Of a stretch of DNA of 64,000 nt, positions 28,463 through 37,832 are shown piece after piece. Source of the stretch: Candidatus Uhrbacteria bacterium (GTDB taxonomy: Bacteria; Patescibacteriota; Patescibacteriia; UBA9934; GWF2-40-263); contig JAPLZK010000003.1 in the NCBI GenBank assembly GCA_026395055.1, forward strand, positions 99,855 to 163,854, in the 5' to 3' direction. Position 1 is the first letter of the stretch, and each line of letters begins with the position of its first letter. Position numbers and translations under genes: made by a program. The notes under the pieces were generated by a model that saw only the letters and a program-made list of their open reading frames with translations, did not search any database and had not been told where the DNA came from.

Positions 28463-29242
28463 ATGTCCTTCTTTCCAATTTGGCAGGAAAACAAATTGTT
28501 TACCACCGTGCTATCGCTTGTGTGTCTCGCCCTGTTTGTTTTTCTTGGGGTCAAAACGTATTCTTCTGTTCAGGCAACGCGTCATCTTGATAAACCGGTT
28601 CCAGTGGAACACACGATCGTCATCGAGGGGCTTGGAAAGGCAAACATGTCCCCAGACATTGCCGTTATGACATTTGGTATTTCTTCAACCGCAAAGTCTG
28701 TTTCTGATGCGCAAAAGCAAAATACAGCGCTTATGAATACGCTGATTGCAAAAATTAAAGATGTTGGGATTGTTGACGCAGATTTGCAGACAAAAGATTA
28801 CAGCGCTTATGAGAAGACTGAGTGGAATGCTCAGACACAGAAATCAGAAAGTGCAGGTTGGATCGTCTCTCAGTCGCTTGATGTAAAGATTCGAGATGTA
28901 CAAAAAGTTTCAACAATCGTCGAGATTGGTGGTCAAAATGGATCAACCTCCATCAGTGGTCCTGTGTTTACCATCGATGACCAGACAGCCTATGAAGCAA
29001 CGGCTCGTCAAAAAGCTCTTGCGGACGCAAGACAAAAAGCAGACAGTATTGCGCAGTCACTTGGGTTGAAGATTGATCACGTTGTTAGTTACAACGAATA
29101 TAATGAAAGTACGGGAGGTCCGATGCCATATCTGAGTGCAAAAGACGTCGGGGGTGGAATCGCTGCCCCAGCCCCTATGATCCAATCGGGAACTCAAGAA
29201 TTACGTCTTCACTCCACCGTCACGTATCTTCTTTCAAACTAG
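28463..29242 (+). CDS. SIMPL (DUF541) domain protein
   Basis: TIVIEGLGKANMSPDIA, ARQKALADARQKA..IAQSLG, IQSGTQE. Confidence 0.88.
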   Translation: MSFFPIWQENKLFTTVLSLVCLALFVFLGVKTYSSVQATRHLDKPVPVEHTIVIEGLGKANMSPDIAVMTFGISSTAKSVSDAQKQNTALMNTLIAKIKDVGIVDADLQTKDYSAYEKTEWNAQTQKSESAGWIVSQSLDVKIRDVQKVSTIVEIGGQNGSTSISGPVFTIDDQTAYEATARQKALADARQKADSIAQSLGLKIDHVVSYNEYNESTGGPMPYLSAKDVGGGIAAPAPMIQSGTQELRLHSTVTYLLSN

Positions 29243-29369
29243 GTTTAAAAAAGACTCCATTTTTGGAGTCTTTTTGTTATTCGCATCAAAAACAGGTTGT
29301 GCTATACTGTCGGACACTCGGGAAGGAGACGGTTTGAAAAGGAAGAAATAGAATAAATGAACTATTGCT

Positions 29370-29960
29370 ATGAAACGTATTTCAAAGTGGATCGGATTGT
29401 TCGGACTTATTGCTGTGCTGGGATTTGGATGTGTAAACACGGCAAAACCAACAACAGAACAAAAACAAGTGATTGATCGTTCTCAAATTTTGCTTGATGC
29501 AAAAAGTCAGGGGCTTATTATGGATTCAGGTGAAATTGAACACATGAAAGATCCTTCCATTTTGATTGCAGATGATAAGAAAGAAACTGCCCCTATTTTT
29601 TCAACGTATGCGGCAGCGGATTTTAAAACCTGGCACGCAGCTGCTCTTGCAGATGTGACAGGTGGAACAAGTTATGGTCTCGCGTATCTCAAGCTATCTA
29701 CAGGAACCTTCCAGATTGCTGCAACACTTGGTGATTTACCAAAGACCACAGATGGATCTTCGTATAATGTATGGTTAGTTAAAAGAGGGGATGGAATGAA
29801 AGTCTTGAATCTTGGGCAAGTGACCCCAGCAGATAAACTTATGACATTCACCTATTCATCTAAGACGGATTTAAGTGAGTATGATTTCTTTGTTGTTACG
29901 CTCCAGGCGCCAAGTACAACAACTCCTGGAGAGCATTTACTGGAGGGAATGATTCGTTAA
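29370..29960 (+). CDS. Putative lipoprotein (C-terminal RskA/anti-sigma-like beta domain)
   Basis: LGFG-C lipobox; LP...YNVWLV...LG...VVTL pattern. Confidence 0.6.
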   Translation: MKRISKWIGLFGLIAVLGFGCVNTAKPTTEQKQVIDRSQILLDAKSQGLIMDSGEIEHMKDPSILIADDKKETAPIFSTYAAADFKTWHAAALADVTGGTSYGLAYLKLSTGTFQIAATLGDLPKTTDGSSYNVWLVKRGDGMKVLNLGQVTPADKLMTFTYSSKTDLSEYDFFVVTLQAPSTTTPGEHLLEGMIR

Positions 29961-29975
29961 ATGAATCATGGAAAC

Positions 29976-30008
29976 AAAAAAGCCCGACGTACAGTCAGGG
30001 CTTTTTTT
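29976..30008. terminator. Bidirectional intrinsic terminator
   Basis: A6-GCCCGAC-gtaca-GTCAGGGC-T7. Confidence 0.7.
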
Positions 30009-30120
30009 ATTTTGTTGCGGCAGCCTTTGCAAGACGAACGGCTTTCTGCTTGCGATTGCTTGCAAGTTGAACTTTGCGTTCTGCCTTCCATTTGGTGCGA
30101 ATCATTTTTCGTTTTGCCAT
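30007..30120 (-). CDS. Small very basic protein (37 aa), not in the ORF track
   Basis: MAKRKMIRTKWKAERKVQLASNRKQKAVRLAKAAATK*, with CCT-ATG start context, an upstream promoter and a downstream terminator. Confidence 0.7.
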   Translation of the reverse strand: MAKRKMIRTKWKAERKVQLASNRKQKAVRLAKAAATK

Positions 30121-30160
30121 AGGATGGGTTCAAGGATTGGAAAGGATTGATAACAGGAGA

Positions 30161-30189
30161 AGGATACGATTTATCAAATAGTTTGTCAA
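30161..30189 (-). promoter_or_regulatory. Sigma70 promoter of the small basic protein gene
   Basis: TTGACA-17-TATCCT on the minus strand. Confidence 0.65.
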
Positions 30190-30240
30190 GAAATTGGGGA
30201 TGTGTGCGTAAAGCGGATTGATGATGTATAATTTTTGCAT

Positions 30241-30696
30241 ATGCACGGCTATTTTCTTACCGCACAACCCTTTTTACGTATTTTTTTTCTTGAGCCGGGC
30301 GCAATCCTGTTTGGATGCTTGCTTATGCTCATGAGCGCCACGCTTGTTCTTGCGTTTCTTGTAAAACAAAGTTCCTCTATTACGAGTGCACTTATTGGAA
30401 GTTTAGTCACTGTCCATTTGATTCTAGATGGAATTTTAGCGTTTGATTTGGTGGGAAGCGTGAATCATGTTTATACAGATTCATCGTCAAGTGTGATCTC
30501 AGAACTTTTCTCCACGCATCGTTGGCTTTTGATCCAAGTACCAATTTTGTTTACCTTGATGGCAATTCTTCTTGCGCTTGTTTGTCGCGGTCATGAGCGA
30601 GAGACACACGCAAAGACGTATGTCTTTGCCGTGCAGTTTTGTGTTGTTGTGAGTTTTTTGACTGTTCTCCTCATTGGATACGAATCGCTGATCTAA
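30241..30696 (+). CDS. Hypothetical 4-TM membrane protein
   Basis: Hydrophobic segments; tight operon with the next gene. Confidence 0.6.
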   Translation: MHGYFLTAQPFLRIFFLEPGAILFGCLLMLMSATLVLAFLVKQSSSITSALIGSLVTVHLILDGILAFDLVGSVNHVYTDSSSSVISELFSTHRWLLIQVPILFTLMAILLALVCRGHERETHAKTYVFAVQFCVVVSFLTVLLIGYESLI

Positions 30697-30700
30697 TTAT

Positions 30701-31051
30701 ATGCTTCATCTTTTTTCGAAAAATCGTTTTCATGAATCTGTTGCGTGTGCGGCATTGCTTGCAGGTTCCATCACACTTCAAGTGATGTGGATCGTGAATT
30801 TGCTGGTTGTGCGTATTCCTTTTATCGCGCAATTGTATTCAATCGTTCCTTCTGTTGGACCAATTTCTGGAATGTATCTCAAAGCCGTTTTGACGTTTGT
30901 TCTCGTTTTTCTTATTGCCGCCTTGTATTGGCGAGGGAAAGATTGTTCACATCACAGAACATCTCTCTTGAACTTCTTTCTTTTTTCTACGGTGATCTTT
31001 TTTGTCATGACACTCCCGTTTGTGTATTCGTTTTCTGTGATGTTTGAATAA
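30701..31051 (+). CDS. Hypothetical 3-TM membrane protein
   Basis: Hydrophobic; VGPISG motif; 4 nt after the previous stop. Confidence 0.6.
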   Translation: MLHLFSKNRFHESVACAALLAGSITLQVMWIVNLLVVRIPFIAQLYSIVPSVGPISGMYLKAVLTFVLVFLIAALYWRGKDCSHHRTSLLNFFLFSTVIFFVMTLPFVYSFSVMFE

Positions 31052-31097
31052 TTTAAGGAACACAGGTAAGCTCGGACAAAGCTTATCTTTTTATTTT

Positions 31098-32588
31098 ATG
31101 GAAATACACATCCGAAAATCCGATTTGGTCTCAGAAACAAGTGATGTCCTTGTTTTAAGTGTTTATCAAGAAAAACAAACGTTTGCTTCTTCTGCGGCTG
31201 TGGAAAAACTCGACGCACGTCTTGGAGGTCTTTTGACGCAAATCGCAAAGGAAGAATCTTTCGTTGGAAAGGCGAATCAAACCATGTGGGCACGGATCCC
31301 AGATCAACTCGCCTCAAAGCGCATCTTGCTTGTTGGGCTCGGAAAAAAGGAAGAGTGTGATCTTGAGACTATTCGTTTAGCCGCAGCAACCGTTTTGAAC
31401 AGCATGAAACAAACAACCACACAATCCGTGAGCTGTTTATTGTTCGGTGAAACTTCGGAAGTTCGTGAGCGTGCGCATGCCATGATTGAAGGTGTTCGAT
31501 TGGCAGATTACGGATTTGGACGCTATAAGAAACAAAAGAAAATGCATTTGAAATCATTCGACCTTCTTCTTGAGGATGGACGAGATTTGGTTGCGGCAAA
31601 AAAGGGAGTGGAACAAGCAGAGCAATTTGCAAAAGGAACGCTCTTTGTTCGAGACTTGGTGAATACACCAGGACTTCACATGGCGCCACAACACCTCGTT
31701 GATGAAGCGAATAACATCGCGAAGAATAATAAGCAGATTAAAATAAAAGTTTATAATGAAGAGAAGCTTGCAAAGATGGGAGCTGGCGGAATTCTCGGCG
31801 TCTCACAAGGATCCGATCATCCATCGTTTCTTGTACACATGACGTATACGCCTGTAACGAAGTCAAAGAAACGCATTGCCCTTGTTGGGAAAGGAGTCAC
31901 GTTCGATTCTGGTGGACTTTCGCTCAAACCATCTGCATACATGGCAACCATGAAGTGTGATATGGCAGGAGCGGCTGACGTGCTTGGTGTTTTCTCGGTT
32001 CTTTCTGCGATTGCGCCAAAGGTTGAGGTTCACGGAATCTTCGCTGCGGTCGAGAATATGCCATCCGGAAAAGCCATGCGCCCAGGCGACATCATTGAAT
32101 TCATGAATAAAAAAACAGCAGAAGTGTTGGATACGGATGCGGAAGGCCGACTCATCCTTGCGGACGCACTTGTATACGCGACGCGACAGAAGCCAGATGC
32201 GATTATCGATCTTGCAACGCTCACAGGTGCTTGTGTTGTAGCTCTCGGAGAAGAAATCACCGGAGTCATGTCTAATACACCAGCACTTTCAAACGCATTA
32301 TTGAGTGCGGCCGCATCGGCGGGTGAAAAAATGTGGGAGTTGCCACTCGAGAAAAACTATCGCAAGCAAATTTCTGGAGACTTCTCTGATTTGAAAAATA
32401 TTGGACCACGTTACGGCGGCGCACTTACAGCGGGATTATTTCTCGAAGAGTTCGTCGACAAGACACCATGGGCACACCTAGACATCGCAGGCCCAGCATT
32501 TGCGGAGCGTGATTACAATGCATATGAAAAAAAAGGGGCAACGGGGCATGGGGTGCGCACATTGTTGAAATACCTCCTGTCCTTCTAG
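31098..32588 (+). CDS. pepA: Leucyl aminopeptidase (M17)
   Basis: VGKGVTFDSGGLSLKP, MKCDMAGA, ENMPSG, DTDAEGRL, ATLTGAC, WAHLDIAG. Confidence 0.95.
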   Translation: MEIHIRKSDLVSETSDVLVLSVYQEKQTFASSAAVEKLDARLGGLLTQIAKEESFVGKANQTMWARIPDQLASKRILLVGLGKKEECDLETIRLAAATVLNSMKQTTTQSVSCLLFGETSEVRERAHAMIEGVRLADYGFGRYKKQKKMHLKSFDLLLEDGRDLVAAKKGVEQAEQFAKGTLFVRDLVNTPGLHMAPQHLVDEANNIAKNNKQIKIKVYNEEKLAKMGAGGILGVSQGSDHPSFLVHMTYTPVTKSKKRIALVGKGVTFDSGGLSLKPSAYMATMKCDMAGAADVLGVFSVLSAIAPKVEVHGIFAAVENMPSGKAMRPGDIIEFMNKKTAEVLDTDAEGRLILADALVYATRQKPDAIIDLATLTGACVVALGEEITGVMSNTPALSNALLSAAASAGEKMWELPLEKNYRKQISGDFSDLKNIGPRYGGALTAGLFLEEFVDKTPWAHLDIAGPAFAERDYNAYEKKGATGHGVRTLLKYLLSF

Positions 32589-32590
32589 AT

Positions 32591-32866
32591 ATGCGATTAT
32601 CAAACATTCAGTTTTCCAAACTCGTGCTGGTCTGCACAAACGAGCGCACGGATGGACGATCTTGCTGTGCGCATAAAGCATCACCTGAGTTTTATCATGC
32701 AATGAAAGTGGCAGTCGCAGGAATGGATCCGACCATTCGTGTGTCAAAGACAGGATGTCTTGGCAATTGTGAGTCTGGTGCAACTGTTGCGATCATGCCA
32801 AAAAATCTGTACCTCGGTGAGGTGAAGGAGAGTGATATTCCAGAGATTCTCGAAATGTTAAAGTAA
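32591..32866 (+). CDS. Thioredoxin-like [2Fe-2S] ferredoxin
   Basis: LVCTNER...SCC, TGCLGNC..GATV pattern. Confidence 0.85.
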   Translation: MRLSNIQFSKLVLVCTNERTDGRSCCAHKASPEFYHAMKVAVAGMDPTIRVSKTGCLGNCESGATVAIMPKNLYLGEVKESDIPEILEMLK

Positions 32867-32867
32867 A

Positions 32868-32901
32868 CAAAAACATCGCGATCATATCGCGATGTTTTTT
32901 T
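32868..32901. terminator. Bidirectional intrinsic terminator
   Basis: AAAAACATCGCGAT-cat-ATCGCGATGTTTTTT. Confidence 0.85.
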
Positions 32902-32904
32902 GTT

Positions 32905-33435
32905 TTACGCTTTTCCAAGCGTCTTTCCGCCTTCTGACCATTCTATTGGACAAAGTTCTCCGGTCTGCAGTGCCTTCAGAACGCGAATCGTCTCTGTAAC
33001 CGATCGACCGACCGATCCGGAACTAATCAATGCATATCGAATCACTCCTTCTGGATCAATGATGAAGCTGCCGCGTTCTGCGAGGCCATCGACTTCGTTG
33101 TAGACATCGTAAGCTTTTGCGATGTTGTGTGTGTTGTCAGCTAAGATTGGATAGTCAACATCTGGTAGATCTTTTTCGAACCAGTTTTTGTGTGACCATT
33201 CGGAATCCGTGGAACATGCAAGGACTTCTGCGTTCAAGGCTTCGAACTCTGCTTTATGTTGCGCAAAGCCTTTTAACTCTGTTGGACAGATGAATGTAAA
33301 GTCTCTTGGGTAAAAGAAGAACACGAGCCATTTGCCTTTGTAATCACCAAGACTAATTTTTACGAAATCGGGCGAACTTTTTTTATAAGCCGGCACATTC
33401 TCGAAAGAGGGTGCAAGTTGTGAAATGCGAATCAT
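32905..33435 (-). CDS. ahpC: 2-Cys peroxiredoxin
   Basis: FYPRDFTFICPTE, STDS, FIIDPEG, GRSV.E, LCPIEW. Confidence 0.93.
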   Translation of the reverse strand: MIRISQLAPSFENVPAYKKSSPDFVKISLGDYKGKWLVFFFYPRDFTFICPTELKGFAQHKAEFEALNAEVLACSTDSEWSHKNWFEKDLPDVDYPILADNTHNIAKAYDVYNEVDGLAERGSFIIDPEGVIRYALISSGSVGRSVTETIRVLKALQTGELCPIEWSEGGKTLGKA

Positions 33436-33462
33436 AGAATGACAGTTAATACGGAATCGAGT

Positions 33463-34086
33463 TTAGAGTGTATAGGTTTTTACCTTGTCGAACAAGGTAT
33501 TCGCTGCATCCCAGTTGAGGTTCTTCCAGAAGTCTGCAATGTACACAGGGCGATCTGATCCGTAATCTATAAAGTACGCATGTTCGTAGACATCAAGAAC
33601 AATAAGTGGAACACATCCCCAAATTCCACCTTGGTTATGAGAATCACATCCGTAGATTTTTAAACGACCAAGTTGTATGTCGAATCCAAGGACGACCCAT
33701 CCACGAACAGCCATTCCGGTTGCCGAGAAGAATGCGATGAATTTTTCGAGAGAACCGTATTTCTCGATAAGCGCATCGACAAGTGATCCACTTGCCGCAC
33801 CATCACCGCCGAGAACGTTGAAATAATATTCATGCAAATAAACTCCGTTCGTGGCAAACGATTCTCCCATACGAAGTGCGCGAAGATCAGAGTAGCTTTG
33901 GTTTGCTTTGTCGAGACCAACACCACTTTCATTCATTTCTTTTAGTTTTACCGCGATCTCTTTCATTTTATTTACGTAGCCGACATAAAGCTTGTCATGA
34001 TGAATGGCAATGGTTTTGTCTGAGATGCCTGTAAGCGATTTGTTGAAAGGGAGTGGCTTTGGTTCGTATTCAGTTGCAGAGGACAT
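33463..34086 (-). CDS. sod: Fe/Mn superoxide dismutase
   Basis: HHDKLYVGYVN, NGVYLHEYYF, DVYEHAYFIDY. Confidence 0.9.
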   Translation of the reverse strand: MSSATEYEPKPLPFNKSLTGISDKTIAIHHDKLYVGYVNKMKEIAVKLKEMNESGVGLDKANQSYSDLRALRMGESFATNGVYLHEYYFNVLGGDGAASGSLVDALIEKYGSLEKFIAFFSATGMAVRGWVVLGFDIQLGRLKIYGCDSHNQGGIWGCVPLIVLDVYEHAYFIDYGSDRPVYIADFWKNLNWDAANTLFDKVKTYTL

Positions 34087-34173
34087 AGGAAAATGTAAGG
34101 AATTAGGTTTCTCGCTACGAATTTATGGATAAGATGTTACAATATTATCCGATCAGAAAGGATCAAACAAGCT

Positions 34174-35145
34174 ATGCGAAACAAACGACCATTTCCAAAA
34201 ATTCCTGTGCTTTTGTGCCTGGTCGTCATTGCCGTGGTCGTTTTTCAGTATCGAGCCTATCGTTTGCCGTACGACCACCCCCTAACCCCCTCCTTGATGA
34301 AGGAGGGGGGAGTAGATCTGGTTTCCGGAATGCTGCTTCCAGACTCTGTTCCCGCCATTGATCATCCAAAATTTGAATCAACATCGGTTGCAGATCAATA
34401 TTTGAACAACGACGGGCTTGGAATCTCTGTTGAATCAAATGGAGCCTCACGATTTTATCCGTATCAGATTCTTGTCTGGCATCATGTTGTGAACGATGTT
34501 ATCTCTGGACAGCCTCTTCTTGTTTCATACAATCCGTTTGCGATGAGTGGGGCTGTGTATCAACGAACAACCCAAGGAACGGTTCTTGATTTCGGACTTT
34601 CTGATAAACTCGCAAACAGCAATCTTTTGTTGTATGATCGCGCCACGCATTCGCTTTGGGATCCGATGACGCATTCTGCGATCGATGGTGAGAAAAAAGG
34701 AACAGTGCTCGCGCGATATCCATCGACCGTGATGTTGTGGAATACGTACAAAACAGTTCATCCAGATGGTCAGGTCCTTTCTCGAGACACGGGCTTCTCG
34801 CGTGATTATACACACGACCCTTACGGAGATTATGTTTACAGCGAAAAAATTCTTTTTCCCGTAACACATAAAGACGATCGTCTCGCGTCAAAGGTTCTTG
34901 TGTACGGGATTGAATGGAATCAGAAACAGAAAGCGTATCCAATCATGCTTCTTGAGAAACAAAACACAGTCCGTGATTCGATTGACGGAGCGAATATATC
35001 CGTTGAGTATGATGCAAAGTCGCATGTTGTCCACGCTTATCAGCTCGACGCAAGTGGAAATCACCAAAACGAAATTCCCGTGACCGAATCATTTTGGTTT
35101 GCGTGGGTGGCAGGGTTTCCAAACACAGACCTTTATCATTCCTAA
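34174..35145 (+). CDS. DUF3179-family exported protein
   Basis: DSVPAIDHPKF, YPYQILVWHHVVND, SNLLLYDRATHSLW, VLSRDTG, FWFAW. Confidence 0.8.
   Translation: MRNKRPFPKIPVLLCLVVIAVVVFQYRAYRLPYDHPLTPSLMKEGGVDLVSGMLLPDSVPAIDHPKFESTSVADQYLNNDGLGISVESNGASRFYPYQILVWHHVVNDVISGQPLLVSYNPFAMSGAVYQRTTQGTVLDFGLSDKLANSNLLLYDRATHSLWDPMTHSAIDGEKKGTVLARYPSTVMLWNTYKTVHPDGQVLSRDTGFSRDYTHDPYGDYVYSEKILFPVTHKDDRLASKVLVYGIEWNQKQKAYPIMLLEKQNTVRDSIDGANISVEYDAKSHVVHAYQLDASGNHQNEIPVTESFWFAWVAGFPNTDLYHS
34271..34310 (-). repeat. Palindromic repeat family A, in-frame copy in the DUF3179 gene
   Basis: Reverse complement reads CCCCCCTCCTT-CATC-AAGGAGGGGG-TTAGGGGGTGGTCGT. Confidence 0.8.
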
Positions 35146-35151
35146 TATTGT

Positions 35152-35835
35152 ATGCTCGGAAAACTTTTTATTGTTGGAACGCCGATTGGAAATCTTTCGG
35201 ATATCACGGATCGCGCAAAGCAGACGTTTGAACTCGTCGACGCGATTTTGTGCGAGGATACGCGTGTTACGCAAAATCTTTTGCGTTCCATCAATGTTAT
35301 AAAACCGCTTGTTGCATACCATCAACATTCGGATGATCTTCGCGTAAAAGATATTTCAAGGATGCTCGAGGAAGGAAAGTCTCTTGCGCTTGTAACGGAC
35401 GCCGGTACGCCAGGTATCTCAGATCCTGGTGGTAAGTTGGTCGAGGCGATGCTGAAGATGTTTGGTGACGAGCTCGAGATTATTCCCATTCCGGGAGCAA
35501 GTGCGGTGATTGCCGCACTCTCGATCAGTGGATTTCCTGCAGATGAGTTTCTCTTTCTCGGATTTCCTCCACACAAGAAGGGAAGACAAACCTATTTCAA
35601 ACGACTCAATACAATCACCTCAACGATCGCGTATTACGAGAGTACACACAGAATCGAGAAATCCATGCAGGAACTCGCAGATGTGATCGGAGATCGATCG
35701 GTTGTTGTCTGTCGTGAGTTGACCAAGATCTACGAAACCATTTATCGTGGGACAGCTCTCGAGATTCTCGCAAAACTTAAATCCACAAGCTTGAAAGGCG
35801 AATTTGTCGTCGTGATTGGACCGAAACGAAAATAA
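35152..35835 (+). CDS. rsmI: 16S rRNA (cytidine1402-2'-O)-methyltransferase
   Basis: TPIGNLSDIT.RA, CEDTR, DAGTPGISDPG, RELTK, KGEFVV. Confidence 0.95.
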   Translation: MLGKLFIVGTPIGNLSDITDRAKQTFELVDAILCEDTRVTQNLLRSINVIKPLVAYHQHSDDLRVKDISRMLEEGKSLALVTDAGTPGISDPGGKLVEAMLKMFGDELEIIPIPGASAVIAALSISGFPADEFLFLGFPPHKKGRQTYFKRLNTITSTIAYYESTHRIEKSMQELADVIGDRSVVVCRELTKIYETIYRGTALEILAKLKSTSLKGEFVVVIGPKRK

Positions 35836-35836
35836 T

Positions 35837-37264
35837 ATGCCAAATAAATATTACATCACGACAACTCTGCCATACGTCAACGCAAAACCGCACATTGGCT
35901 TTGCGCTCGAGATTGTTCAGGCAGATATGATTGCACGTTATCGCCGCACACTTGGCGATGAAGTGATTTTTAATACGGGAACAGATGAGCACGGACAAAA
36001 GATTTATGAAAAGGCGATTGCGGAAGGAAAAGAGCCGCAAGCATACACTGATGAATACGCAGCGCAGTTTGATGATCTGAAGCGATCGCTGAATTTGAGT
36101 TACGATCATTTCATTCGTACAACAAATCCAAATCACAAAGCAGCGGCCCAAGAATTTTGGAAGCGTTGTCTCGCGAATGACGACATTTATAAAAAACAAT
36201 ATCAGGTGAAGTATTGTGTTGGGTGTGAACTCGAGAAAACAGATTCCGAACTTGTGAATGAGAAGTGTCCCATTCATCCAAACATGGATCTGCAATTCAT
36301 TGATGAAGAGAATTACTTTTTTCGTTTCTCGAAGTACCAACAACCTCTTCTTGATCTATATGCAAAGCGCCCAGATTTTGTCATGCCAGATTTTCGTTTG
36401 CACGAAATCAAAAACTTTGTCGAGGGCGGATTGAATGACTTTAGTATTTCAAGATTGAAAGAAAAAATGCCGTGGGGCGTTCCCGTTCCAGATGACGAAA
36501 ATCAAGTCATGTATGTTTGGTTTGATGCGCTCGTGAATTACATCTCAACCTTAGGGTGGCCTGATACTTCCGGTGAATTCTCGTTTTGGCCAGGTGTTCA
36601 GGTTGCGGGGAAAGATAACCTTCGCCAGCAGTCTGCGATGTGGCAGGCCATGCTCATGTCCGCAAAGATTGAACCATCACGACAGATCTTTATTCACGGA
36701 TTTATTACGGCAAATGGTCAAAAGATGAGTAAGAGTCTGGGAAATGTTGTAGATCCATTCGAGGAAGTAAAAGAATATGGAACAGACGCCATTCGGTATT
36801 ATCTTCTTCGCGAGATTCCTCCAGGAGACGATGGTGACTTCTCGCGCACTCGTCTTGAGGAACGCTATACCGAACTCGCAAACCGTTTAGGAAATTTGGT
36901 TGGTCGCGTCGCGGCCATGACGCAAAAATATTTCGCGGGTGATGTCGGATCGTTCGACTTTGAACACGCTTCGATCGAGAAAGAACTCGAGGTTTGCATG
37001 TCGACCTACAATTTTAAAGCGTACATCGATCGCGTGTTCATGATTGTTGACGAAGCGAATGAACTCATTGATAAGAAAGCTCCGTTCAAGTTGATTAAAG
37101 AAGACGAAGCTGCGGCAAAAGCAGTGCTTGCAGAAGCTTCCGAGATGATTCGCTTTGTTGCGCGTTCACTCACGTGTGTTCTTCCACAGGCGTCCGAGGA
37201 AATTTTGCGCCGATATGGTACGATAATCGAAACAGGGGATCCTTTATTTCCCCGTAGAGATTAA
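35837..37264 (+). CDS. metG: Methionine--tRNA ligase (short form)
   Basis: YYITTTLPYVN, HIGF (HIGH-like), GTDEHG, YVWFDAL, KMSKSLGN. Confidence 0.95.
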   Translation: MPNKYYITTTLPYVNAKPHIGFALEIVQADMIARYRRTLGDEVIFNTGTDEHGQKIYEKAIAEGKEPQAYTDEYAAQFDDLKRSLNLSYDHFIRTTNPNHKAAAQEFWKRCLANDDIYKKQYQVKYCVGCELEKTDSELVNEKCPIHPNMDLQFIDEENYFFRFSKYQQPLLDLYAKRPDFVMPDFRLHEIKNFVEGGLNDFSISRLKEKMPWGVPVPDDENQVMYVWFDALVNYISTLGWPDTSGEFSFWPGVQVAGKDNLRQQSAMWQAMLMSAKIEPSRQIFIHGFITANGQKMSKSLGNVVDPFEEVKEYGTDAIRYYLLREIPPGDDGDFSRTRLEERYTELANRLGNLVGRVAAMTQKYFAGDVGSFDFEHASIEKELEVCMSTYNFKAYIDRVFMIVDEANELIDKKAPFKLIKEDEAAAKAVLAEASEMIRFVARSLTCVLPQASEEILRRYGTIIETGDPLFPRRD

Positions 37265-37270
37265 TCTCGT

Positions 37271-37831
37271 ATGAACTACGCAGATATAGCGCTCATTATT
37301 ATCGTTGGAAGTTTTGTTGCGGGCGGAGTTTGGTATGGATTGTTTCGTTCCCTTGGATCCTTAGTTGGAACCATCGTTGCAGCAATTTTTACCGGGAGTG
37401 TCATTGACTTCATGACACACAAGTTCGGATTTTTATTTGGAGGAGGGGAAATCGCACGTGTGGTCATTTATTTGATCGTGTTCATGATTATCTCCCGTTT
37501 GGTCGGCTTGGTGTTCTGGATTATAAGTAAGTTACTTGGAATTGTTCTCTGGATGCCGTTTCTTAAAACCATTGATCATCTTCTTGGTGGGCTCTTTGGA
37601 TTCATTGAAGGAATCATTGTTGTGGGATTTGTTTTGCTTTACGCATCGCACATCTTCTCGCCAGAGCTCATGCACAAGTTACTCATCGATCATTCCGCGT
37701 TTGCAAAATATGTTTTGCAAACCGTAACAACACTCGAATTATTCTTGCCAGACATCATCCGAAATTTCATTTTCAAATACGCGAACGTGACAACAGACAC
37801 CATTTCAAAAGGAATTCCAAAAATGCCCTAG
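37271..37831 (+). CDS. cvpA: CvpA family membrane protein
   Basis: G..G...SLG pattern and IDHLLGGLFGFIEG; four TM helices. Confidence 0.8.
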   Translation: MNYADIALIIIVGSFVAGGVWYGLFRSLGSLVGTIVAAIFTGSVIDFMTHKFGFLFGGGEIARVVIYLIVFMIISRLVGLVFWIISKLLGIVLWMPFLKTIDHLLGGLFGFIEGIIVVGFVLLYASHIFSPELMHKLLIDHSAFAKYVLQTVTTLELFLPDIIRNFIFKYANVTTDTISKGIPKMP

Positions 37832-37832
37832 T

